Made by a program: the position numbers and the translations under genes. Below, one piece after another: positions 20,501 to 27,980 of a DNA stretch of 64,000 bases. A model generated the notes under the pieces. That model searched no databases. It saw only the letters and a program-made list of their open reading frames with translations, and was not told where the DNA came from. The stretch spans positions 94,970 to 158,969 of the forward strand of contig CAVQEK010000007.1 in assembly GCA_963711495.1 (NCBI GenBank), in the 5' to 3' direction. The DNA is from an uncultured Cytophagales bacterium. GTDB lineage: Bacteria > Bacteroidota > Bacteroidia > Cytophagales > Cyclobacteriaceae. Position 1 is the stretch's first letter, and each line of letters begins with the position of its first letter.

Positions 20501-20701
20501 TCCGGGTATACCTTGGTAATCTTCTGAGGATACAACTTTTCCTGTAATCGTTATGGATTGTTGCTCATCCAAACGTTCACTTTTCTGATTTACATAACTG
20601 TTAGTTGCCCAAAGTGGTCCAACCAGAAAACACATCATCCAAAGTCCCGTCAGCAAATATTTTAATATGCTGAGAACATGTCCTAGTAGTTTTAATACCA
20701 T
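17555..20701 (-). CDS. SusC/RagA-type TonB-dependent outer-membrane transporter (PUL-1)
   Basis: 1048-aa ORF. It has a carboxypeptidase-regulatory-like N-domain (ITGKVVSSEDYQGIPGVNVSIQGTTLGTVTDLNGNYKI), a plug (EIVVVGYGTQKKVSLTSAV) and a C-terminal aromatic residue (HIQF). Confidence 0.9.
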   Translation of the reverse strand: MVLKLLGHVLSILKYLLTGLWMMCFLVGPLWATNSYVNQKSERLDEQQSITITGKVVSSEDYQGIPGVNVSIQGTTLGTVTDLNGNYKIDVPNGESVLVFSSVGYQRLEITVGEKSVIDVTLNPDVKSLQEIVVVGYGTQKKVSLTSAVDEISGSELERRPVNSIQQALQGKLPGVTILDKGGSPGSPNTNIVIRGVNVPFSPDGLGALTTSTVGDNGPLVLVDGAVQPFQSINPNDIASISVLKDASSTAIYGSRATNGVILITTKRGAEGKISVSYDFSHAIQKSIMNPEPIGMEDYFNLQNEAYINAGNPVKYSDAYIQEYVQGSVNDPLHYPLPYNWYNVMFHTAPQEYHSLSVNGGTENFKGRMSLRYQDQDGVIANTNSKLVEGRVNTDFTIIPKIKLSADLYFQNKKGIEPSGAGKGINEVFRQMMQNAIWDVPKYPNGDYGGGTQGNNPLLLAEEAGISQSNYDYFNVNLKGDWNILKGLTFTMQFDGHINDGYLTDHNKTWETRDSTKVKKTFLHNQLNEQRTTDRFYTLNDLLTYSFDKGDHSIKILAGYSQEQNNGNSISAYRQDFYNNDIKVLSQGANDDTKDNSGSNYLWTLRSYFGRFNYSFKDKYLFEANARYDGSSKFTSTNRYAFFPSFSAAWRISQEPFWSGLRDYINEFKIRGSLGSTGNQAVGLYTFYPTLNHVTYSFSGNPVDGYVQQQMVNSDLTWETTTQTDVGFDAEFLNNRISLSVDYYKKRTKGILLDLPVPATIGLSAAPQNAGVVDNTGWEFNFNGKNNFGPFVLDANLNFHINDNKVIDLAGTGPYYYGGSDFDPRYITAEGQPINSVWGYKTDGFFNTDQEAADYPEFMRPSVAGDVKYLDLNGDGIVDPNDMTYLGNSFPKYNFGGVFNLSYKGFTLNLAIQGAADVSMVLARALSEMGIYEGFVPSIYANNYWTPEHTDARFPRVVKQDLRNRVMSDQRMLDASYVRLKNIELAYQLPASLIKKLDLSLISIYVSGTNLFTISKLNEWHLDPEATSGWQNYYPQVALYTVGTHIQF

Positions 20702-20803
20702 GGTTTTAGGGTTTTAAATAGTTTATATCATCCTCTGTTTGTATGATCCCTTTCTTAGAAATCATTGTCAGGAAGTCTATAAATTTAGTAAAGAAAATAT
20801 ATA

Positions 20804-20819
20804 GAACAAACGTTTGTTC
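20804..20819. promoter_or_regulatory. Perfect 16-bp palindrome GAACAAACGTTTGTTC, candidate LacI-family operator
   Basis: Read directly from the sequence; it is its own reverse complement with a central CG. It lies about 100 bp upstream of the susC start (20701), in the divergent region shared with the LacI gene. Confidence 0.6.
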
Positions 20820-21013
20820 AAAATATTTATAAATTGAGTTCAAATTTCTTTTAAAGAAAATAAATTAAATCCTCCTTTGTGTTCATTGAGTAATTAAATT
20901 TCTCATTTTCAACAGTTTATTTTTTTGATCTTTTGTTGCATATTGCCAGAATAAAAATTATTCGTTTGTCGGTCTTTCTATTTGTGAAATTCAAAAAAAT
21001 ATGAGTATTTTTA

Positions 21014-21028
21014 GATAAACGTTTGTTC
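21014..21028. promoter_or_regulatory. Imperfect copy of the same operator (GATAAACGTTTGTTC), candidate autoregulatory site
   Basis: The right half GTTTGTTC is identical to the perfect palindrome and the left half is degenerate. It ends 9 nt upstream of the LacI ATG (21038). Confidence 0.45.
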
Positions 21029-21037
21029 TAATTTTAT

Positions 21038-22057
21038 ATGGCCAGTCAAAAAGTAAATATTAACGATATTGCTGAAAAATCGGGGTTTTCAATTACCACG
21101 GTTTCCAGGGTTCTGAATGGTAAAGCTGAACAATACAGGATTAGCAGGAAGTCTCAACAAAGAATCAAAGACACTGCGAGAGAGTTAAATTATGTTCCGA
21201 ATCAATTTGCTGCGAATTTAAAATCCGGTAAAAGTAATACCATCGCTTTGATTATTCCTTCTTTGAATAATCCATTCTTCGCCGACATTGCCAGCGAAAT
21301 CAATGCCGAGATCCGTAAGCGGGGTTATATCACAATCATTGGTGACAGTGATGAAAACAAAGACATTGAAAGAGAAGAACTGTTACAATTGGAATCCCGG
21401 AATATTGAAGGTCTTGTCATTGCTCCATGCAGTCAAAATTGGGAATATATTAAAAAAATGTATGATAAGGGATTACCAGTCATCTGTATTGACCGTTATT
21501 TTGAAGATCTGGACATGCCTTATGTTTCAACGGACAATTATGAAGGGGCTTATAATGCTACTCATTATCTAATAGAACAAGGCCATACTAAAATTGCCTG
21601 TATACAAGGTGTACAACAGTCCACTCCTAATATGTTGAGAATAAAAGGATATAAAGATGCTATGATTGAGAGAGGAATCAAAAATATTAGTATTAGCGGA
21701 GATGAATTCAGTGTACAGAATGGCTATCTGGAAACCAAACTTCTGCTTCAGCAGAAAGAAAGACCAACGGCGATTTTTACACTTAGCAATACCATTGCCA
21801 TGGGATGTTTCAAGGCATTAAAGGAAGAAAAAGTATCGGTGCCGGACGACATCTCCATCATTACTTTTGATGATCATCCGTACCTGGATTATCTGGCAAC
21901 ACCACTTACCTGTATTACCCAACCCACCAGCGATATTTGTAAAATAGCCATTAAATATCTGTTTTCGATGTTAAATAAACAGGCGATAGAAACGAAGCAG
22001 GTCTTGTTAAAACCTGAATTGAAACACAGAAGTTCCGTAAAGAAAATTGCGTCGTAA
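21038..22057 (+). CDS. LacI/GalR-family transcriptional regulator
   Basis: 339-aa ORF. The HTH reads VNINDIAEKSGFSITTVSRVLNGK, followed by a periplasmic-binding-protein-like effector domain (IALIIPSLNNPFF..., TFDD). Confidence 0.9.
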   Translation: MASQKVNINDIAEKSGFSITTVSRVLNGKAEQYRISRKSQQRIKDTARELNYVPNQFAANLKSGKSNTIALIIPSLNNPFFADIASEINAEIRKRGYITIIGDSDENKDIEREELLQLESRNIEGLVIAPCSQNWEYIKKMYDKGLPVICIDRYFEDLDMPYVSTDNYEGAYNATHYLIEQGHTKIACIQGVQQSTPNMLRIKGYKDAMIERGIKNISISGDEFSVQNGYLETKLLLQQKERPTAIFTLSNTIAMGCFKALKEEKVSVPDDISIITFDDHPYLDYLATPLTCITQPTSDICKIAIKYLFSMLNKQAIETKQVLLKPELKHRSSVKKIAS

Positions 22058-22090
22058 TTGGGTTGGCCATATTTTACTGGAGACAAATAA

Positions 22091-23038
22091 TTAGATAACT
22101 TCACCAAACTTATCCTTGGCGGTGCGCTTGAATATTTCATAATCCCGGAATGCAGCGATACCCCCGGCAGCGGTGGTGGAAACCGCACCTGTTAAATTGC
22201 CAAATCTCTGGCATTCGGCAACGTCCTTTCCATTTATAAATTTATATATAAACCCGGCATTAAAACTATCTCCGGCACCAATCGCATCTATCACCTGCGT
22301 GTTCAAAAAAGGTGGCAAGGCTATCAGTTGATTTTTATTATGAATAAGCGATCCCTTATTGCCCCGCTTGATAGCTAGGATGTTGGTATGCATCTTAATG
22401 GACTCGATGGCTACATCTAAATTGCTTTTCCCGGTTAACTGCATCAGTTCCCTTTCGTTGGGCAGGAAGACATCTACATTTGGCAATACATCCAAAAAAT
22501 CCAGATTCCATTTCTCCAGAGGATCCCACTGCATATCGAACGATGTTGTCAAACCCAGATTTTTTGCTTCACGAAATAGCCCACCCAAACCTTGCCACAT
22601 CCCAGGCTGTAGAAAATAAGAAGAAAAATGAAGATGTCTGGCTTTCTTCAAATCATCTCTGGAAATATCATCTGTTGTAAGATATTCCATCGCTCCGGGA
22701 TAGGTTGTATTCGCTCTGTCTTCATTAATATTCAAGATTACTGTAGCTCCGGTACCATGATATTCATCCATTTTGATCATCGAGGTATCAACATGTTTAT
22801 CCTTTAGATTCTCAATGACAATTTCTCCGAATTTGTCATTTCCTATCTTCCCTATGAACGCTACACGAGCGCCCAAACTTGAAATGTTGCTGGCGAAAAT
22901 AGCCGATGAACTTCCCAATGTTAATGTCATTTGGTGCGCCAGAACTTCTTTTCCTATTTCAGGAAATTTTTCAATCTCATCCATGATGAGATCTACATTC
23001 AATTCTCCTACAACTAATACGTCAAATTTTTTTTCCAT
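22091..23038 (-). CDS. PfkB-family carbohydrate kinase (substrate not assignable; keto-deoxy-sugar-acid or fructose kinase type)
   Basis: 315-aa ORF with an N-terminal VLVVGELNVDLI, and DAIGAGDSFNAGFIYKF plus GAVSTTAAGG at the C-terminus. Confidence 0.8.
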   Translation of the reverse strand: MEKKFDVLVVGELNVDLIMDEIEKFPEIGKEVLAHQMTLTLGSSSAIFASNISSLGARVAFIGKIGNDKFGEIVIENLKDKHVDTSMIKMDEYHGTGATVILNINEDRANTTYPGAMEYLTTDDISRDDLKKARHLHFSSYFLQPGMWQGLGGLFREAKNLGLTTSFDMQWDPLEKWNLDFLDVLPNVDVFLPNERELMQLTGKSNLDVAIESIKMHTNILAIKRGNKGSLIHNKNQLIALPPFLNTQVIDAIGAGDSFNAGFIYKFINGKDVAECQRFGNLTGAVSTTAAGGIAAFRDYEIFKRTAKDKFGEVI

Positions 23039-23103
23039 TTGCTCTGTTTTAATCTCAATTTAAATCTAAAAAGGAAGATGTGCGAAGTCTCCCCCATCTC
23101 ATC

Positions 23104-23667
23104 TCAAAACTTAATTCTTTGTCGATCGCGACACACCCATGAACCCAGTCGTAAGTTGACAACAATGATCCCTATCACTGCAAAAATACAGAAGTAGAGC
23201 AGAACCTGTTTCTCAATAATCTGGTAAAATACACCATGTAAGGCCACCAATCCAAACAGCACATAATTTTATCGTTGCAACTTCTTCCATTTCTTCCGGC
23301 CTAGTGTGCGGAGCCTAAGGTCATTTGACGTTGCAAGAAGCAAAGCCAAAATAAGCATTGCAACCAGACCTGTATAATTTGCCGCACCAAACAAGTCAAG
23401 ACGAACCAATGGAAAATGCATATCTCCCTTAAAAACAGTAGCCACAACCTGCCCCTGGACGATCCGAAACAGGCCTCTGTCCCCATGTAAAACTGTATAC
23501 TTTAATTCGGTATCGGCTATCGCCAAAGTCAGTACTCCGGTCTGTATTTTGGAAAGTATTGATATACATGATACCAGGTTGTTGAGGGTCTTTGTCGAGG
23601 CATCTACCAGATTACGCTGATCAAAAACCTGCCTCCCTTTGTCAATACATCCAACATCCTCTCTGAG
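23104..23667 (-). pseudogene. MsrQ/ferric-reductase-like transmembrane protein relic, interrupted by an in-frame TAA
   Basis: The reading frame gives ...NYTGLVAMLILALLLATSNDLRLRTLGRKKWKKLQR*NYVLFGLVALHGVFYQIIEKQVLLYFCIFAVIGIIVVNL. This aligns by eye with E. coli MsrQ ([41 protein letters not shown]). The stop at 23269-23271 falls at the conserved LH heme-ligand position, and the N-terminal third is not TM-like. Confidence 0.4.
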
Positions 23668-23684
23668 TCAGTCAGGTTTTTGCA

Positions 23685-25928
23685 TCAATGCACCAGAAAG
23701 GTCCCCGGACATCTACTGTATCCCTTGTTTCCGTAAATATCCGATGATTCGATTCCCAGTCTATACAGTTCAAATTTTTCAGCAGGAACTTTTCCGCCGA
23801 ACCTGTTATCGCCAGCCACACGGTCACCGTCTATTCCGACGTCGTTCAGTTCTATATTCAGAAAATTTTCAGGACCATTGTCTGAGATCAACCGGGCCTT
23901 TACCCATCTGACCTTTCCCCCATCATAAACCCAGGCGTGCACAATATTATCACCCGTTATCTCAGCCTTTCGCAACATAGGTGCAATGGTATCCTTACCA
24001 GATACCTTTATTCGTATTTTCCCATTTTTTATAATATGATAGGGATAATCCGGCAACCAGTAAGTGGCAAAAAATTCTACCATCTGATTGTCAGGGGTTT
24101 CCGAAGAGATCAAAGGGATGGAGTATTTTTCCGAGCCACCCACGTGATCATAGCTGCCCCAGTTATCCGATTCCCTGAACCTAAGTCCCAAAGGGTTAAT
24201 ATACTGGTCATTTGTGAACAGTTCCGTTCTGTGGTACAATCCGCTGTCCCCGACCAGGAGTACTATGGATTCTCCGGGATTGGCAATGCCGTCTCCGTTT
24301 CCGTTACCCAAAAAAACCGAAGCCGTATCATCACCGGCCACGGCGACCGTAAAATAATTGCCATCGGCCACAACAACATCTTTAAACTCCCCGACTTCAG
24401 GTCGTACAGGTATGGTAAAATGCTGAATCCATGCGTTTCCAAGGTCATCCTTGATCATCAGTTTGAATTTTTCAATTTCCACACTGTCACTTTTAATAAT
24501 GAAGGAGAATGGGCGATCGGACTCCGCAAGTCCGTTGACATCCACCTTACCATATTCGGCTACGGCATTCATAATTTCCGCATCACCATTCTCATCGGAT
24601 AGTACCGCTTTTACATTTCCGGACTTTCCGGTTCCCTTATTCAACAAACTGACCTTGAGGTTCACCACCTTTCCGGGCACTACCCAATTTATATTGGTAA
24701 CTTTCTGCGCCGTCATACACAATTTTGGTCCGCTATCTGTTGTACCGATGCCAATTTCATGGAGCGCCCCATCCGTTATAATTTCAATTCTTCCTTCTTC
24801 ATCACTGTTTACCACGTATTGGGCGTGGCTTCCTGCCGTCAGGTTTACATCATTTATGACGTAAGTATGGTGCTTTTCATAGTTCGGTGCAGTGGTTACA
24901 GTAACTTTCACAAAAGGCATAACAGAACCGTTGGGAAGAAATTCCTTTACCGAGCATCTGAACCCGCGATCGTTTACATTTTCCAAAAGGGTAAAACCGG
25001 GATAATGACGGTCAGAACTTACTTCGTAACCCCAAACTTTAAATTCGGGATAAACATCAATATGACTCCATGTTTCCGGTTTGGGAAGTGGGTTTTTAAA
25101 CGTGTCGAGTATAAAATCAAACATCTCGCCAAGACCACAGGTCGTATGGTCTGCATGATAGATCTTGTATTCATAATTATCCAACACCCTGGCCCATATC
25201 CTATTCATATCTTGATGATAGGCACGGATAAAATCCTGATCACCATAGTTTAAACGTAACTTGACTCCCGCGTAGTTTTTATACATATCCAGATGCCGGT
25301 ATTCCACGGGAAAATCATAAGGGCCCACTACAAATTCCGTTGAGCCACAAAAGTTCCCTGCCGCACAAACCATCTCGGGATATTTGCCTGCAATCCAAAA
25401 AGTCATAAACCCACCCATCGACAAGCCGGATATTGCCCGGTGATCCCTGTCGGGAATGGTTCGGTAGTTGGCATCGATATACTTTACAATTTCCGGGAAG
25501 TAGAGCGGAAACTGGCGGTATGTTTCCACGGGTCCGATATTGTAGGGTCTGAGGTAATAAGGATCGCCAGGATTGCGGTTATAGCCATCCGGCTTGACCA
25601 CGATCACGTCGTGCCGAGCGACATAGTTGGCAATGTTGTCGCCATTGTTATTGCCTCCCTGGTCGATATCAGGCGTATTGATACTTCCGAAATAGCGTTG
25701 AGACCAGCCATGGTAAAAATAAATGACAGGGTAATACCTGTCGGTGTGCTGAAAATACCCCGGAGGAAGGAAGATGCGGTAATTTCTCATTTCACCGAAC
25801 ACTTCACTGTAATGTTGCGAATCGATGATGGTTACTCCTCCGTTATTGGACACCACTTCAAAAAAAGTAAATACCAACAACAAGCCTGGTAAGCATTTTA
25901 TCATCAATTTTCCGGTTTTCCGTTTCAT
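23685..25928 (-). CDS. Secreted alpha/beta-hydrolase esterase (CE1 / esterase-D-like) with a roughly 450-aa beta-rich C-terminal extension
   Basis: 747-aa ORF. It has YRIFLPPGYFQHTDRYYPVIYFYHGW, the nucleophile elbow AISGLSMGGFMTF, and HADHT near the end of the catalytic domain. It is a paralogue of 32560-34425 (shared KNPLPKPETWSHIDVYPEFKVWGYEV vs KDPLPEPKRWDHADLYPNFDVWGYEV, and NGNGDGIANPGESIVLLV vs GNGNNIAEPGEWIMVYEV). Confidence 0.7.
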   Translation of the reverse strand: MKRKTGKLMIKCLPGLLLVFTFFEVVSNNGGVTIIDSQHYSEVFGEMRNYRIFLPPGYFQHTDRYYPVIYFYHGWSQRYFGSINTPDIDQGGNNNGDNIANYVARHDVIVVKPDGYNRNPGDPYYLRPYNIGPVETYRQFPLYFPEIVKYIDANYRTIPDRDHRAISGLSMGGFMTFWIAGKYPEMVCAAGNFCGSTEFVVGPYDFPVEYRHLDMYKNYAGVKLRLNYGDQDFIRAYHQDMNRIWARVLDNYEYKIYHADHTTCGLGEMFDFILDTFKNPLPKPETWSHIDVYPEFKVWGYEVSSDRHYPGFTLLENVNDRGFRCSVKEFLPNGSVMPFVKVTVTTAPNYEKHHTYVINDVNLTAGSHAQYVVNSDEEGRIEIITDGALHEIGIGTTDSGPKLCMTAQKVTNINWVVPGKVVNLKVSLLNKGTGKSGNVKAVLSDENGDAEIMNAVAEYGKVDVNGLAESDRPFSFIIKSDSVEIEKFKLMIKDDLGNAWIQHFTIPVRPEVGEFKDVVVADGNYFTVAVAGDDTASVFLGNGNGDGIANPGESIVLLVGDSGLYHRTELFTNDQYINPLGLRFRESDNWGSYDHVGGSEKYSIPLISSETPDNQMVEFFATYWLPDYPYHIIKNGKIRIKVSGKDTIAPMLRKAEITGDNIVHAWVYDGGKVRWVKARLISDNGPENFLNIELNDVGIDGDRVAGDNRFGGKVPAEKFELYRLGIESSDIYGNKGYSRCPGTFLVH

Positions 25929-25957
25929 AATGTATTAAGTTACCAGCACTGCAATTC

Positions 25958-27262
25958 CTATTGACTATTTGTTATTATTTTTTGACGAGAATTCACCCTC
26001 ATGATATAAGCCTGCCTGCTACCCGTTCGGGTTGAATTGAATCCGATTATATCTCCATTCTGACTCCACCGGCAGTGAAGGTCGCAGCGCCAGCCACCGG
26101 AAAATTCCTCTGGTTCGAAAAAACGCCCCAGAGACAACACGGCTTGAGTTTTCATATCCATCATGAAGATCTTCTGTTCATTCATGCCCTCACTCGGATA
26201 AGTATCGGTTATCATCCATTTCCCGTCTGGTGAAAAAGTTCCGTGAGCGTCGAAGTCAAGCAAGCCTTTGCCAAGTCGTGTATAATCTTCCTTCCCGACC
26301 GTAAACAAAACATGCGCGTATTGTTTTGCGTCGTATTTCGCGGTGATCATTAGCCGGTCGTCGTCAAGCCAATCAAAATGTGATCCTTCCCAGTCGTCGG
26401 GGAAACATCGCCGAAGCCCGGAGCCATCGACATTGACGGTGAAGCAGGTCGTATTTCTTCGCGGTGTCGCTCGGGCCAGCCAGAATATCTTCGTGTCTTC
26501 ACGGCTAAATAATGTATGGTTGAAATATTCAATGCCTTCGGGGGGAACTTCCGGCACCAATTCCCTAACCTGGGCCATCGATACGATCAGCTTTGCGCTT
26601 CCGGTTTCAAGATCAACCACAAATATTCCGTCGTTTTCAGGAAACTGCACATCTGCCAACGGATTCTGGCCTTCGCCTCCGTAACCGTAATCCGGGCGTG
26701 TTATGCGGATCCTGCCGTAATTGATACTTATGGCTATCTTGCCGTCGTGGGATACTGCGCTTATAGGGTACGGAATGATTCTCTTTTCTTCTCCGGTATG
26801 CACATTAAGAATGACCGATACAAACCGGCCATTTCGCAGATCATTGTAGATTATGAGGGAATCCGGAGAAGTCCCCAGCCAGTGCACCATGCAGCCCTGT
26901 TGGAAATTCCATGCCCTGGTCCTGGCCACCGGCTTGAATTTAAGGGTCTCAAGGTCAACGATGCCCAGTGTCACCGTATCGTTTTCCGTTGGTATTCTGT
27001 ATTTCACGTCGGTTTCCAGCACTGTTGCGTACCTTTCGGAAGCACTGAAAGAATTGATGCCGTAATAGCTCGCAAAAAAATGCTCCTTCGTGTTATCCGT
27101 TATTTGTAGCGGTGAAGAAATTTGCGGGAAAACGGCCCCGTTATCGTCTTTGCTTTTTCTGCAACCGCCCAAAATCAGGATGGCAAAAGTCGCCATAAAG
27201 AAAATTATCGATCTGTACATAATCATAATGACTTGGAATTTAATCAATTTATCTTGATTCAT
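25958..27262 (-). CDS. Lipoprotein with a TolB/oligogalacturonate-lyase-like beta-propeller (function uncertain)
   Basis: 434-aa ORF with a lipobox (ILILGGC). The repetitive beta-strand pattern has SPDGKW-type blades. The C-terminal WRCDLHCRWSQNGDIIGFNSTRTGSRQAYIM resembles the end of Ogl-type (PL22) propellers. The family call is by eye only. Confidence 0.4.
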   Translation of the reverse strand: MNQDKLIKFQVIMIMYRSIIFFMATFAILILGGCRKSKDDNGAVFPQISSPLQITDNTKEHFFASYYGINSFSASERYATVLETDVKYRIPTENDTVTLGIVDLETLKFKPVARTRAWNFQQGCMVHWLGTSPDSLIIYNDLRNGRFVSVILNVHTGEEKRIIPYPISAVSHDGKIAISINYGRIRITRPDYGYGGEGQNPLADVQFPENDGIFVVDLETGSAKLIVSMAQVRELVPEVPPEGIEYFNHTLFSREDTKIFWLARATPRRNTTCFTVNVDGSGLRRCFPDDWEGSHFDWLDDDRLMITAKYDAKQYAHVLFTVGKEDYTRLGKGLLDFDAHGTFSPDGKWMITDTYPSEGMNEQKIFMMDMKTQAVLSLGRFFEPEEFSGGWRCDLHCRWSQNGDIIGFNSTRTGSRQAYIMRVNSRQKIITNSQ

Positions 27263-27415
27263 TTAGAGTTCACAAACGAAGAATAGATCATCGTGATCAA
27301 CTGTATAATGTTCGTCAACAGGTTTTAACTATTTGCGCATTCAAAGTCTCACCATCCTGACCTGTTCAGTTTCCTGACGGTACAATTTCTCTTTTTTTGT
27401 CAAGTTTTCCTTCAA

Positions 27416-27856
27416 TTAATGCTTTTCCCTAACCACCGTGAAGTGAGCAGTAGTTACCAAAGATCTGAAATCCATATCCGCCGTCTTTTTAATGATGAAC
27501 TTGTCTTTCGTCCACTTTTTGTCAAAATTAGGGTTGCAGGGATAGCGGGTCCAGTGAATACTGTCGTCAGAGGTAGCGTAGCCCAGGTATTTCGGGTCAG
27601 TATCTTTGTCCAAATAGCCCGAGTACCACATTTTATATTTTCCATCTCCTTGCAGGATGTAGCCCCGTTCCCGATTATTCCGGTCCCAGGTATCGGTATC
27701 CGTTCCGCTGAAAATTGGATTGCGTTCGTAAGGGGTAAAAGAGACCATTTCCGGGGGAAATGCCTCAGAAGAACCGGATCCGGTCTTCTTTTTTGAACCA
27801 CAGGCGATCAGCAAAAAAACCAAGGCCTATACGATAAACTGCCCTATGACTTTCAT
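27416..27856 (-). pseudogene. N-terminal fragment of a five-bladed beta-propeller glycosidase (GH43/GH130-like); an amber stop interrupts the signal peptide and the gene is truncated
   Basis: Reading from the ATG at 27856 gives MKVIGQFIV*ALVFLLIACGSKKK, with the TAG at 27827-27829. The 135-aa ORF contains NPIFSG..TWD...GYILQGDGKYKMWYSGY....LGYATSDDSIHWTRYPCNP, which is one blade pair only, then ends. Only about 150 bp remain before the next gene. Confidence 0.45.
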
Positions 27857-27980
27857 CTTTATAGTTTTAATATATAAATATCAATTAATGATCATTTCAT
27901 CTGTTTCTGTCAGACTTCCCGGAAAGGAACAAACGGCAATATGCCTACAATTTACGCCATTACATCATTCCGTCCACCCA

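Noticed and set aside
23120-23133. TGTCGATCGCGACA inverted repeat upstream of the PfkB kinase gene; a similar ATCGATCGCGATCG string occurs near position 57-70.
   Set aside because: It has only 5-bp arms with a 4-nt centre, lies inside the MsrQ-like relic reading frame, and shows no second copy in a promoter-like position. The evidence is insufficient.
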